From a virus: a DNA stretch of 64,000 nucleotides. The DNA lies in the IMG/VR virus record IMGVR_UViG_3300005096_000103, positions 74,360 through 138,359 of that record, one strand, 5' to 3'. The notes beneath the pieces are model-generated. The model had not been told where the DNA came from. It worked only from the letters and a program-made list of their open reading frames with translations, and did not search any database. Numbering within the stretch: position 1 is the first letter of the stretch; the number at the start of each line of letters is the position of its first letter. Made by a program: the position numbers and the translations under genes. This document shows, in pieces, positions 39,286-47,649 of this stretch.

Positions 39286-39567
39286 GTGATCTATACGTCG
39301 ATTAAAGCTGTTGAATCTACATTGGTGATGTTCAAGGGAAAGGTCTTCTCAGTCTGTATCGGGCTGTCCACAGCCTGCGGGCTTATCGTTGGGATACTAA
39401 GCTACGACCTGACACTGTCTAAGGGACTTAACTCTATTACGCTTGGCGTAGATAATACTCTTTCAGAGTTTATACTCAAGTTAGGTTTTATGGGGATGGG
39501 TCAAGGAGTATTGCTGGGCATCATCGCGATGAGTATAATTAATAGACTCGTAAAAGCGCGAAGTTAG
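39286..39567 (+). CDS. Small two-TM membrane protein
   Basis: Two hydrophobic segments; start uncertain. Confidence 0.45.
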   Translation: MIYTSIKAVESTLVMFKGKVFSVCIGLSTACGLIVGILSYDLTLSKGLNSITLGVDNTLSEFILKLGFMGMGQGVLLGIIAMSIINRLVKARS

Positions 39568-39595
39568 TAGCGAGACTACTAGGAGAGGGTATGTT

Positions 39596-39757
39596 ATGGC
39601 GACACAAAGCGCGCTCTACAAAGAAAAACTTGAAGAAGCCCTTGAGGCTATTGAAGCCGGCGAACCAGCTTGGCGTGTGTCAGGCTGGTTTGAAGGCAAA
39701 CACTACAACTGCTTTGGTCGCGGATCTACTGCACTTAAGGCTCTGAGAGACATGTAG
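39596..39757 (+). CDS. Small hypothetical protein (53 aa, not in ORF track)
   Basis: GGAGAGG RBS; MATQSALYKEKLEEALEAIEAGEPAWRVSGWFEGKHYNCFGRG... Confidence 0.55.
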   Translation: MATQSALYKEKLEEALEAIEAGEPAWRVSGWFEGKHYNCFGRGSTALKALRDM

Positions 39758-39828
39758 TCTTCAGTGGTAGCTCTGAGAGATCACTGAGTTCGTGGAGTCT
39801 GTTAGAGTGGGATTCTAAAGCATAAACT

Positions 39829-39837
39829 TGGTATAAG
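39829..39837 (+). promoter_or_regulatory. Putative phage promoter motif TGGTATAAG (copy 5)
   Basis: ataaactTGGTATAAGc, intergenic. Confidence 0.6.
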
Positions 39838-39938
39838 CGGGTAGTGAAAACTTTACAAGCAGGCATATCTTCTATCTAATGTGGATAGTTGTTGTGCTTG
39901 CTTATTTTTTAGTAGCGAGACCTACTAGGAGGGAACCA

Positions 39939-40466
39939 ATGAGACTAGTCATAGAACTACTGCAAAAACTCAGGGGCGCTACATCTGAGATAGGGGTAAC
40001 CCCTCTAAACCTAAAAGATGTAAACAAGGAGGCTGCTAGGGTCTTAGTAAGTCTAGGGTTTGTTACAGTAAGCTCGTCACTCAACTACGATCTGGAATCT
40101 GAAATCTGGATCGCAAAGACTGGTCTTAGTTTCTTGGACTTTATTGAAGCGTCTGGGACCGAGTTAGTCTACACAGAGCCTGAGCCAGAAGTCGAAGCTG
40201 AGCCTGAGAAAGAATACACACTCGTGTTCACTCCTGAGGATGTAGCTACTTGTAGATTCGTAGGCAACAGGTATTGTTGGAGTAGTGTTCTAAAGAACCT
40301 AGATGCGGATACGCATACCTTCGGAGAATCTGAGGCTCGGGGGATGCTCAAAGAGTTCGAGAAGGATACTGAAGGGGGTCACACGATGTTCCCGATGCTT
40401 GATATGCGAAGTAGCTTAGCAAATGAGCTTACTGAGTTCGTGTATACTATTAAGGAGGGTTACTGA
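39939..40466 (+). CDS. Hypothetical acidic protein
   Basis: AGGAGG RBS supports ATG 39939. Confidence 0.7.
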   Translation: MRLVIELLQKLRGATSEIGVTPLNLKDVNKEAARVLVSLGFVTVSSSLNYDLESEIWIAKTGLSFLDFIEASGTELVYTEPEPEVEAEPEKEYTLVFTPEDVATCRFVGNRYCWSSVLKNLDADTHTFGESEARGMLKEFEKDTEGGHTMFPMLDMRSSLANELTEFVYTIKEGY

Positions 40467-40468
40467 CT

Positions 40469-40780
40469 ATGGATATTTCTAGAGAGACACAGCGGTGGAT
40501 AAACCTACTCTGCATGACTGCTTACGCAGGTAATACCACCCTAAACTACCTAAGTAATCACATAGCTTGTGACCCTAGTGATTATAGTATTGAAGAGTAC
40601 GAGGGGTACATAGCGGTCTACACAGACGAAGCATTAAAGGAGCTGTTTAAGGCATCTGGACTAGAAGACAAAGGTTACACACTGCACAAAGCTCTTGAAA
40701 TCGGTTGTTCAGAACATATTGAAGAAGGTATAAAATCTCTTATTTCTGAGGGTAAATGGGCCTTAAAGAAAACTACCTAG
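40469..40780 (+). CDS. Hypothetical protein
   Basis: 103 aa, AAGGAGG RBS. Confidence 0.65.
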   Translation: MDISRETQRWINLLCMTAYAGNTTLNYLSNHIACDPSDYSIEEYEGYIAVYTDEALKELFKASGLEDKGYTLHKALEIGCSEHIEEGIKSLISEGKWALKKTT

Positions 40781-40805
40781 ATCTTAGTATAGAGGAGGGG
40801 TACTG

Positions 40806-41579
40806 ATGGAACATAGTGATCTTGACATCCTCAAGGCAGACTTATCTGCTGCTGAGGCTACCTTAGATGCCTTCGTTGATGAGGTGGGAGCCGTCTATAG
40901 CCTTGTGGAACTCAGGTCTAAAGGTAGCCTCGCCTTTACAGCGTATACGAGTGCGTTACAGGCTTTTAGGAAGGCTAAGCTTCGTCAAGCTCTCGGAGGT
41001 AAAGCTATCAGCGTTGAGGACCTGCTTGAGTTTCCACATTCTGAAATACGAACGGCTGATGACTGGGCAAAGTTTAGCAAGACAGTGTGTGCATCACTCC
41101 CCTCGGACCCTCGGCGGTTCGCGGTGTTCATTGCCTGTTTAATCGGAGATGTCTGGGCTGGAGATGCTTGGGCGGCTGAGTCTATTGAGTTTGATGATAC
41201 TAATGGTCCATGGACGTTTATATGCATCCCGTCTACCTACCCTGAATCTACTGACGATCCATCGCTAGGTGTGTCTGTAGATGTCAGAGGTAACACAACG
41301 CTTAAACTCTGCGATGCAAAGGGTATACCTTTCATAAACATTTGTATTGACCCTGAGGGTGTAGTCGAACACTTCTATGGTGACGTGAGTCAGTGGACGA
41401 CTACTAGGCTGGGCAGTGTCCTACGTACTATACTTCCAGCCTGGGTCGCTATGGGTCATGATCCTTTAGATATCACAAGTCACTTCTGGGAGAAGACTAA
41501 GCACCGTGTCCCAGAGGAATGTAGGTTGTTCTACAAAAAGCTGACTGACTGGTCGCCTGATCCTGCGTTTCGCTTCTGA
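40806..41579 (+). CDS. Hypothetical protein, paralog family A
   Basis: SLPSDPRRFAVFIACLIGDVW and WTTTRLGSVLRTILPAW. Confidence 0.75.
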   Translation: MEHSDLDILKADLSAAEATLDAFVDEVGAVYSLVELRSKGSLAFTAYTSALQAFRKAKLRQALGGKAISVEDLLEFPHSEIRTADDWAKFSKTVCASLPSDPRRFAVFIACLIGDVWAGDAWAAESIEFDDTNGPWTFICIPSTYPESTDDPSLGVSVDVRGNTTLKLCDAKGIPFINICIDPEGVVEHFYGDVSQWTTTRLGSVLRTILPAWVAMGHDPLDITSHFWEKTKHRVPEECRLFYKKLTDWSPDPAFRF

Positions 41580-41605
41580 TACACTGTCTGATAGGAGAAT
41601 AACAT

Positions 41606-42169
41606 ATGAAAGACGAAACAAGCACCACACTTACCCCCTATGCCGAATACGGTATCCACTCTGATGATGAACTGTTTATGGACGAGCGTTGGGAGAAGCG
41701 CTGGCGTACTCCTGCAGGTATCATAACCGCATGGGAGCCAGACCTTGACACTAACAAACCTTGGACTGTGGTATATGGTGATATCAGCACTAGGGGCGGT
41801 AAGCTGTTAGACGCGCTTATAGACGCTAGGGATCTCGCTACTGACCTACAGACAGTGTTTAGCGACGCTGTAACTCGGCGGCGAGCACAGACTAAACATA
41901 GGTCTGCGCGTATGACTGCAGCAAGGAATAAGATGTCAGACCGCTACATAATAATAACCTTAGATTACGAGATCCAGTGGACCTTCGAGGGAATTGGGAT
42001 CACATATTCCTGCGAAGGGGATGAGGACCTGTGGATCTACAATTATAAAGGGGTGCCTGCAGGCTACGGGTCGACACTAGAAAAGTCGATGCGTAGCTAT
42101 AGTGCTACGGTCTCCGCCCTCTTGAATAAACTTGAGAGGCTCATCCCATCACCCTTAGGAGGCTACTAG
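41606..42169 (+). CDS. Hypothetical protein, paralog family B
   Basis: TPYAEYG..SD and GYGSTLEKS. Confidence 0.7.
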   Translation: MKDETSTTLTPYAEYGIHSDDELFMDERWEKRWRTPAGIITAWEPDLDTNKPWTVVYGDISTRGGKLLDALIDARDLATDLQTVFSDAVTRRRAQTKHRSARMTAARNKMSDRYIIITLDYEIQWTFEGIGITYSCEGDEDLWIYNYKGVPAGYGSTLEKSMRSYSATVSALLNKLERLIPSPLGGY

Positions 42170-42469
42170 ATGTCTAAAATGGTAAATATACGGTGTCTAA
42201 CTCGTAGAAAGGCTAATGACTTAATAGATCAGGTCAATAAAGCTGAGGCTGAACTTGAAGCTGCCGTAAAGATTGCTAAGGCGGAGCATGAATTAGCTGA
42301 TGAAGCGCGGCAAAATGCTGACGAAATATCAGAGCTGTGGAGATCAGCGATGCGCAGAAGTGACAAGGCTATGGAGGTGTTGAGGTTACGTAATGTATAC
42401 ACAATCGCTATGGCTGTGACGGCTATAGGCGTCTCCGTAATTGTTATGATTATCAGTATGAATACTTGA
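42170..42469 (+). CDS. Coiled-coil protein with C-terminal TM anchor
   Basis: Helical charged region followed by a hydrophobic tail. Confidence 0.65.
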   Translation: MSKMVNIRCLTRRKANDLIDQVNKAEAELEAAVKIAKAEHELADEARQNADEISELWRSAMRRSDKAMEVLRLRNVYTIAMAVTAIGVSVIVMIISMNT

Positions 42470-42485
42470 TAAGAGGCTTGCGTCT

Positions 42486-42761
42486 ATGGCGAATACTATA
42501 ACCTTCACTGCAACTCGTGAGATTAATATCAATGGGTTTTCCCACTTCACAATTGAATGTGAAAGGGCGTGTACGTGTAGGGCGATTACATGTCCTGTAT
42601 GCGAGATCTACGAATTCTTTGAGGGTAAAGAGTGGGGCGAGACTCTGAAGGAGCTGAAACTTAGAGTGAGTACATGTCGCAAACTACGCATTACAGGGTA
42701 TATGAACGATACACCTGGCGTGAAAGATGAGTTCGTTGTTACTGACACAAAGAGCCTCTAG
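42486..42761 (+). CDS. Cys-rich small protein
   Basis: CERACTCRAITCPVC. Confidence 0.6.
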   Translation: MANTITFTATREININGFSHFTIECERACTCRAITCPVCEIYEFFEGKEWGETLKELKLRVSTCRKLRITGYMNDTPGVKDEFVVTDTKSL

Positions 42762-42806
42762 GATTCTTCGTCCTGGTAGGTCTGACGCTTTCTAGAGGTT
42801 GATAGA

Positions 42807-43076
42807 ATGGACATAGACCTACCAGACGAAGTCACAGCTAGGCTAGAGAAGAACCAAGGTAAGCCTTATAGTAATGCAAACAGGTGCTCAGGGCAATGTG
42901 TTTTACCAGAACGGGAATGCACGAGGTGTGAGCAGTACGTCTGTATAGCCTGTAACCTCGTACATCCTTGGGAATTTGGTGCAACAGACAGCCCTGTTTG
43001 TGATGATTGCTGGAGTATAAGAGTAAAGGCTGGTCTACCGTTATTAAAATGGCCATCACTATATAAGGCAACATAA
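42807..43076 (+). CDS. Cys-rich (Zn-finger-like) small protein
   Basis: Several CxxC pairs. Confidence 0.6.
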   Translation: MDIDLPDEVTARLEKNQGKPYSNANRCSGQCVLPERECTRCEQYVCIACNLVHPWEFGATDSPVCDDCWSIRVKAGLPLLKWPSLYKAT

Positions 43077-43125
43077 CTATGACTGTTAATACAACGATAG
43101 AAAAGCTACGTAGAGGAGACGAACG

Positions 43126-43329
43126 ATGCCTAAAAACTGTGAATGCTGCGGTGACCCCGGGGTAGATCTTATCTGCGTCAAAGACGACGTCAACGACTTA
43201 GAGTTGTTTGTATGTCAGGAGTGCATTGAGTATGCGTTCCTACATATTAAACATGTTAAGTCTCCTGAGGAGGATCTGGTGAGCACGCTGCGGGACATAG
43301 AGGGTACTAAACGTGGTATAAGCACGTAG
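43126..43329 (+). CDS. Zn-ribbon-like small protein
   Basis: CECCG...CQEC; AGAGGAG RBS. Confidence 0.6.
   Translation: MPKNCECCGDPGVDLICVKDDVNDLELFVCQECIEYAFLHIKHVKSPEEDLVSTLRDIEGTKRGIST
43314..43322 (+). promoter_or_regulatory. Putative phage promoter motif TGGTATAAG (copy 6)
   Basis: ctaaacgTGGTATAAGc, 41 nt upstream of the pentapeptide gene. Confidence 0.55.
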
Positions 43330-43363
43330 ACACTGTAACATGTAACTCTAATGAGAGAGGCCT

Positions 43364-43990
43364 ATGAAAATCTCGGTAGAAACCTTATACAAGCTCAACA
43401 TTCAAAATGGTCTTATTTACGTCGACTTATTCAAGGATCACTTCCCTGAGGGGTGGGATGGTGAATGGACGGCAATGTGTCAAGCTGTTTTCCTAATGAA
43501 TCCTGATCTCGCAACTACCTGGAGCCGGCTTTGCAATCTTGGACTCCTACCCCGTTATAGTATGGCGGGTTGGAACCTCCAAAACGTTAACCTCAGCCAC
43601 GTTGACCTACGCGGCGCAAATCTAAAAGGGGCAGACCTTCGTGAAGCTAATTTCAGCTACGCAAATCTCGACTACGTTGACCTGAGTGGTGCTGACCTGC
43701 GAGGCGCTAGATTCATCGGAGCCACTCTACGTAGGACTAACCTCCATAGCGCTAACCTCAGTGTTAACCCTGCAGGTGTAGGAGCTGACATGACCGGAGC
43801 AGATCTTAGCCATACAGACCTCGCGTGGGCAGATCTACGAGGAACACGATTCCGTGGCGCTAACCTGAGCTACGCTGACCTAAATAATGCAGATCTAAGA
43901 GGTGCTAACCTCACAGCTGCCAACCTTACATGCGCTAACCTTAATGATGCGCTCCTTGCTTCAAGCAGAGGAATAGATGGAAACTTTTAA
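43364..43990 (+). CDS. Pentapeptide-repeat protein
   Basis: Many A(D/N)L(R/S/T)x repeats over the C-terminal ~130 aa. Confidence 0.92.
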   Translation: MKISVETLYKLNIQNGLIYVDLFKDHFPEGWDGEWTAMCQAVFLMNPDLATTWSRLCNLGLLPRYSMAGWNLQNVNLSHVDLRGANLKGADLREANFSYANLDYVDLSGADLRGARFIGATLRRTNLHSANLSVNPAGVGADMTGADLSHTDLAWADLRGTRFRGANLSYADLNNADLRGANLTAANLTCANLNDALLASSRGIDGNF

Positions 43991-44198
43991 AATTCTTAAG
44001 AGTCTTAAGAGTCTTAAGACTCTAGTCACCCCCCTCTTTAGCGCGATGAGTGGGCTCCTAATCTGGTATGTTATAGGCGGCATAGGTATTGTAGGTATGG
44101 GTAGCGGCGTAGGGTGTGGACCAGGGTCATTCATGCTGGGCGCTGCTATTGCCGGAGTCGTTGTCACGTCAATATGGAAAAGTCGTAAGGAGTCCTAA
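43977..44198 (+). CDS. Small Gly-rich membrane protein
   Basis: Two hydrophobic segments; GAGGA RBS; 9-bp LKS repeat. Confidence 0.6.
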   Translation: METFKILKSLKSLKTLVTPLFSAMSGLLIWYVIGGIGIVGMGSGVGCGPGSFMLGAAIAGVVVTSIWKSRKES

Positions 44199-44199
44199 C

Positions 44200-44520
44200 A
44201 TGGAAAAGATATGCACAGCATGCGGGTCAATCGGAAGGTCTAAGACACTAACAAAAGGTAGCTTCATTCTAGAGCTAATTCTGTGGGCTATGATGATACT
44301 GCCGGGTATGTGCTACACCGTATGGCGTCTTACAACGAGAGGTCCGGTATGCTCTAAGTGTCTCAGCCCTAATTTAGTACCTCTATCGAGTCCGATGGGT
44401 CGGAAACTTCAAGCTGACTTTCTAGAAATGGAGTCTGCGGTGAAGAAGGTAGAAGATACGATCGCAGAAGATAAAGAAGCCCTTGAAGATGGGATGAATA
44501 AGCTAGGAACTAAAGAGTAG
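44200..44520 (+). CDS. Zn-ribbon/TM/Zn-ribbon small protein
   Basis: CTACG...TM...CSKC; AAGGAG RBS supports ATG 44200. Confidence 0.65.
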   Translation: MEKICTACGSIGRSKTLTKGSFILELILWAMMILPGMCYTVWRLTTRGPVCSKCLSPNLVPLSSPMGRKLQADFLEMESAVKKVEDTIAEDKEALEDGMNKLGTKE

Positions 44521-44562
44521 GATATATAGTGGGAGTAAAGCCCTCAAAAGGGAGTACAGACT

Positions 44563-44976
44563 ATGTCTGAGACAGACTACATCGACTCTGATATACTATG
44601 CTCTAACGTTGAGGCGGATGAGCTATACATATTCAATGACAAACAAGGGTTCAACGTGCCAAATCAAAGACTAGATACCGACAGTGAGAACCTCTGGCCT
44701 CACTACGCCATACGAACTGTAGATAACTTGGGTACAAACACCATAGAGACGTATGACAGCTTGCGGGCTGCAGAGGATGCTTACGCTGAGAAAATGGAAC
44801 AGCTCAAAGAGGAGGTGGCTGTTAGACGTAGAGCTGAAGCGGATTTAGGAGAGCAAAGGTTCTCGTTTGTTGCACTGAGGGGATACTCAGAGCCTTTGAA
44901 CAAGGATGTTACATCAGGGGAGCTTGACGACTGGTCAGGGATGACTACTGCAGTGATCAAATCTGAGGTGGTTTAG
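44563..44976 (+). CDS. Hypothetical acidic protein
   Basis: 137 aa, GGGAG RBS. Confidence 0.65.
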   Translation: MSETDYIDSDILCSNVEADELYIFNDKQGFNVPNQRLDTDSENLWPHYAIRTVDNLGTNTIETYDSLRAAEDAYAEKMEQLKEEVAVRRRAEADLGEQRFSFVALRGYSEPLNKDVTSGELDDWSGMTTAVIKSEVV

Positions 44977-45012
44977 AGGGCTAGAGAGGTGGTTTAGAGG
45001 GCTAGAGAGGTG
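44965..45012 (+). repeat. 21-bp tandem duplication spanning a stop codon
   Basis: gaggtggtttagagggctaga x2 plus partial. Confidence 0.9.
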
Positions 45013-45013
45013 C

Positions 45014-45274
45014 TCAACTCACCGCCTTAGCGTAAGATACCATCCTCCTTAAAAAAGATCCTGTATTTCTTGCGGCTCTAACACCTCTTGCGCCTACAAT
45101 ACCAAGGCTAGTCAAGCCAACTAGACCTCCCCCGCCTATTATGAGCTTCTGAGTTGTAGACACACCATTTCTGCCCTTAGAGTCTTGATGGCTCATTGCA
45201 ACTTTTAGGCTGGAGGTTTCAGCGTTGTAAGCGTTTTGATAGGCTAGCTTGACTAAGCTTTGTAGGTTGTACAT
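45014..45274 (-). CDS. Leader-family protein 1 (KLAY..AYN leader + Gly-rich cationic core)
   Basis: MYNLQSLVKLAYQNAYNAETSSLKVA. Confidence 0.8.
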   Translation of the reverse strand: MYNLQSLVKLAYQNAYNAETSSLKVAMSHQDSKGRNGVSTTQKLIIGGGGLVGLTSLGIVGARGVRAARNTGSFLRRMVSYAKAVS

Positions 45275-45283
45275 GATGGTCTC

Positions 45284-45565
45284 CTAGACTGCCTTCTTAA
45301 TAACTTTAGCAGCTGCTGCTGCTGCTGCACCCATAGCAGACTTAGACTTGAGTAACTTTTTTGCGGATCGTCGTGCTGCTAATGTTGCAATCCCAATACC
45401 GGCTGTAGTCCCTACGACTCCTTGGCCAATGGTTTTAAAGAGGCTATCTGATTTAGTTACGAGTCCGTCGATTCCGCGGTGCTTAAGTGCAATCTTTACA
45501 CTGTCAACGTAGTCGTCGTAGGCGTTTTGATAGGCTAGCTTGACTAAGCTCTGGAGGTTGTACAT
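45284..45565 (-). CDS. Leader-family protein 2
   Basis: MYNLQSLVKLAYQNAYDDYVDSVKIA. Confidence 0.8.
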   Translation of the reverse strand: MYNLQSLVKLAYQNAYDDYVDSVKIALKHRGIDGLVTKSDSLFKTIGQGVVGTTAGIGIATLAARRSAKKLLKSKSAMGAAAAAAAKVIKKAV

Positions 45566-45592
45566 CTTTTTTTTTAGCTCCCAAGAATGTTG

Positions 45593-46186
45593 TTATAGTA
45601 CTTTGGCTACGTTCTTAGCAACACTTGCTAGAACCTTCTCAGCTTTTAGAGCTGCTGTACCCTTAGCTGCAATGTTAACCGTTTTGTTTACTGTACTAGG
45701 GACTGCTTTTGCTGCGGCGTTAGCTGCTACGTTAAGTGTCTTAGCTTCGCTCCTAATACCCGCTTTGGCTGCTGCGGCGCTAGTAGCTCGCTGCTTACTT
45801 ACTGTCTTGTATAAGTCCTTACCTAAATCTCTCACAGTGTCCACGCCGTAGCCTAAGCCCTCACGCGCCATAGTTGGTATAGCTGAGAGACCTTTAGCCT
45901 TCCCTAGTCGTGAGTATCTCTTAGCTAAATTCGTCTTTGCAGATGTACCACCTAGAAACTTCTGAGCTATTGCACCAGTTCCTACTAATCCAGTTCCTGC
46001 AACTAGGCCTCCCCCTCCTGCAGCTAGTCCTGCTGCTGCAATTCCAGCACCTGAACTTCCTTTACGGCGAGGTACAGGCAAATGTGCTGCGATTTTATTT
46101 AGCTGGGAGGCTAGCGCACCATATTCCTCGTTATACGCAATTGTGTATACACTAGCTAGGCATTTCTTATGTGTGTCTGTGTACAT
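45593..46186 (-). CDS. Leader-family protein 3 (divergent leader)
   Basis: LASVYTIAYNEEYGALASQLNKIA then glycine zipper and Ala/Lys-rich tail. Confidence 0.75.
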   Translation of the reverse strand: MYTDTHKKCLASVYTIAYNEEYGALASQLNKIAAHLPVPRRKGSSGAGIAAAGLAAGGGGLVAGTGLVGTGAIAQKFLGGTSAKTNLAKRYSRLGKAKGLSAIPTMAREGLGYGVDTVRDLGKDLYKTVSKQRATSAAAAKAGIRSEAKTLNVAANAAAKAVPSTVNKTVNIAAKGTAALKAEKVLASVAKNVAKVL

Positions 46187-46210
46187 CTATCTTCCCTAAG
46201 TAAGTCGCCA

Positions 46211-46630
46211 TTACATCTGAGCTAAAGCAGCGCGGAGATTACGTCCCCTCTCAAAAGATATATCCCCCTGGAGCTCTGAGACTGTATCTCTAACCACAGA
46301 CTTATTAGCGCCTCTAGCAGCGCGTAATCCTGCACCAGCCCAGTCGTCTACGACGTTGAACGCTTTGCGCATCCCACGACCTACCCCGTAAGTCAGACCT
46401 ATTGTCGCTGCTGTTCCTGCCGCCGCGATTCCTAAGCCTTTTGCGACGCCACCCATAGTAACAGGTCCAGTCTGTGTGGGTATTGGTGGTCGCATGGGTG
46501 GCATCAGCGCCTGTGCCTGGCTGTGCATAGCGACTTTAGGGCTCGACGGGCTAGCTAGTCGAATCCGTCGGACCTCTTCAGCGTATGAACGTTGATACGC
46601 CAGTTTTACTATGTAATCTAGGTCATTCAT
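46211..46630 (-). CDS. Leader-family protein 4
   Basis: MNDLDYIVKLAYQRSYAEE...SPKVA. Confidence 0.8.
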   Translation of the reverse strand: MNDLDYIVKLAYQRSYAEEVRRIRLASPSSPKVAMHSQAQALMPPMRPPIPTQTGPVTMGGVAKGLGIAAAGTAATIGLTYGVGRGMRKAFNVVDDWAGAGLRAARGANKSVVRDTVSELQGDISFERGRNLRAALAQM

Positions 46631-46649
46631 TCATATACCCATAGGTACG

Positions 46650-47051
46650 CTAAGTTACAGCCTTAACTACAGTCTTAGCAGTATCAGCAGCAGCAGCTAG
46701 AGCTTTGCGTTTCTTTAGTGCGTTCATGATAGTATAACCTGTAGACGCTAAGAGTCCGCCACTTAAACCATCTACAATGCGGTTATCAAGAGTACCTTTA
46801 CGTCTACTCACGTACTCTGTTACCTTTTCACCAGGGAGCATCTTAGCACGTATATGCCTGGCTTGCTTCCCTCTATCACCAATCATATGCTTTAAGTTGT
46901 AGATTTCCTTCGCCGTCAGCTTAGACGACACGCGTTTAAGCGACTCGCGAATCGTAGCGTCTCGTTTACGCGGATCAGCGTTCTTAATCGCTGCCATCTC
47001 TTTGTTGTACGCTTCGGAGTAGGCGAGCTTTACTAGGTGCTGTAAATTCAT
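46650..47051 (-). CDS. Leader-family protein 5
   Basis: MNLQHLVKLAYSEAYNKEMAAIKNA. Confidence 0.8.
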   Translation of the reverse strand: MNLQHLVKLAYSEAYNKEMAAIKNADPRKRDATIRESLKRVSSKLTAKEIYNLKHMIGDRGKQARHIRAKMLPGEKVTEYVSRRKGTLDNRIVDGLSGGLLASTGYTIMNALKKRKALAAAADTAKTVVKAVT

Positions 47052-47092
47052 CTTTTAACCCTTTATAGCCTTGAAACTAAATTCACACCCTT

Positions 47093-47121
47093 ACGAAGTA
47101 GGTTCTAGTGGCCTACTTCGT
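47093..47121. other. Intergenic hairpin within the leader-family cluster
   Basis: acgaagtaggtt-ctagt-ggcctacttcgt; no T-run, possibly an mRNA stability/processing element. Confidence 0.45.
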
Positions 47122-47179
47122 TTAGACGTTGAGGAGACTCTATTAATCTATATACCCGTCTGACGCCGGGACCAGTCGT

Positions 47180-47542
47180 CTATGCGTTCCTTAAGAGGGG
47201 TACACCTATAGCTGCAAATTCGTCCAGTCGACGCTGCGTCCGTGAAGGCGCTGACGCTGCGTCGACTACTTCCCCCGCGACATCCCCTACAGCGTCGACT
47301 GCAGCTCCACCAGCTTGACGGAGCCCTCTGCCTTTAAGGTAGCGACCTCCTAAGTATAGCGCACCTGCGCCCATAGCTAGACCGCCTAGACCTGCACCAA
47401 CCTGCGCTCCTAACCCAACTTTAGCTGGAGTGCTTAGGCCTTTGTCTTGTCCTTCCTGACTGAAGAATCCTGCAAGTTTAGCAGACTCTTCGTTATAGGC
47501 TTGCTGGTATGCTAGCTTCATGTGGTATTGCAGGTTGTTCAT
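47180..47542 (-). CDS. Leader-family protein 6
   Basis: MNNLQYHMKLAYQQAYNEESAKLA then glycine zipper. Confidence 0.8.
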   Translation of the reverse strand: MNNLQYHMKLAYQQAYNEESAKLAGFFSQEGQDKGLSTPAKVGLGAQVGAGLGGLAMGAGALYLGGRYLKGRGLRQAGGAAVDAVGDVAGEVVDAASAPSRTQRRLDEFAAIGVPLLRNA

Positions 47543-47603
47543 CCAATTCCTCAGTTCTAAACCACTCTAAGATCAGACTCTATAGACTCTAGATCCACCT
47601 CAA

Positions 47604-47632
47604 AGACTAACAGCCTCACAACCCTTCGTCAA
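47604..47632 (-). promoter_or_regulatory. Sigma-70-like promoter TTGACG-N17-TAGTCT for the leader-family cluster
   Basis: Minus strand TTGACG aagggttgtgaggctgt TAGTCT, with TGn extension. Confidence 0.6.
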
Positions 47633-47649
47633 TGTCGCCTCCCGCCCTT

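Noticed and set aside
45540-46155. Plus-strand ORFs 45540-45851 and 45937-46155
   Set aside because: Antisense to leader-family gene 3, which has the family motif.
45014-47542. Complete RiPP/bacteriocin biosynthetic cluster
   Set aside because: No modifying enzyme, C39 peptidase-transporter or double-glycine cleavage site is visible; kept only as an alternative hypothesis.
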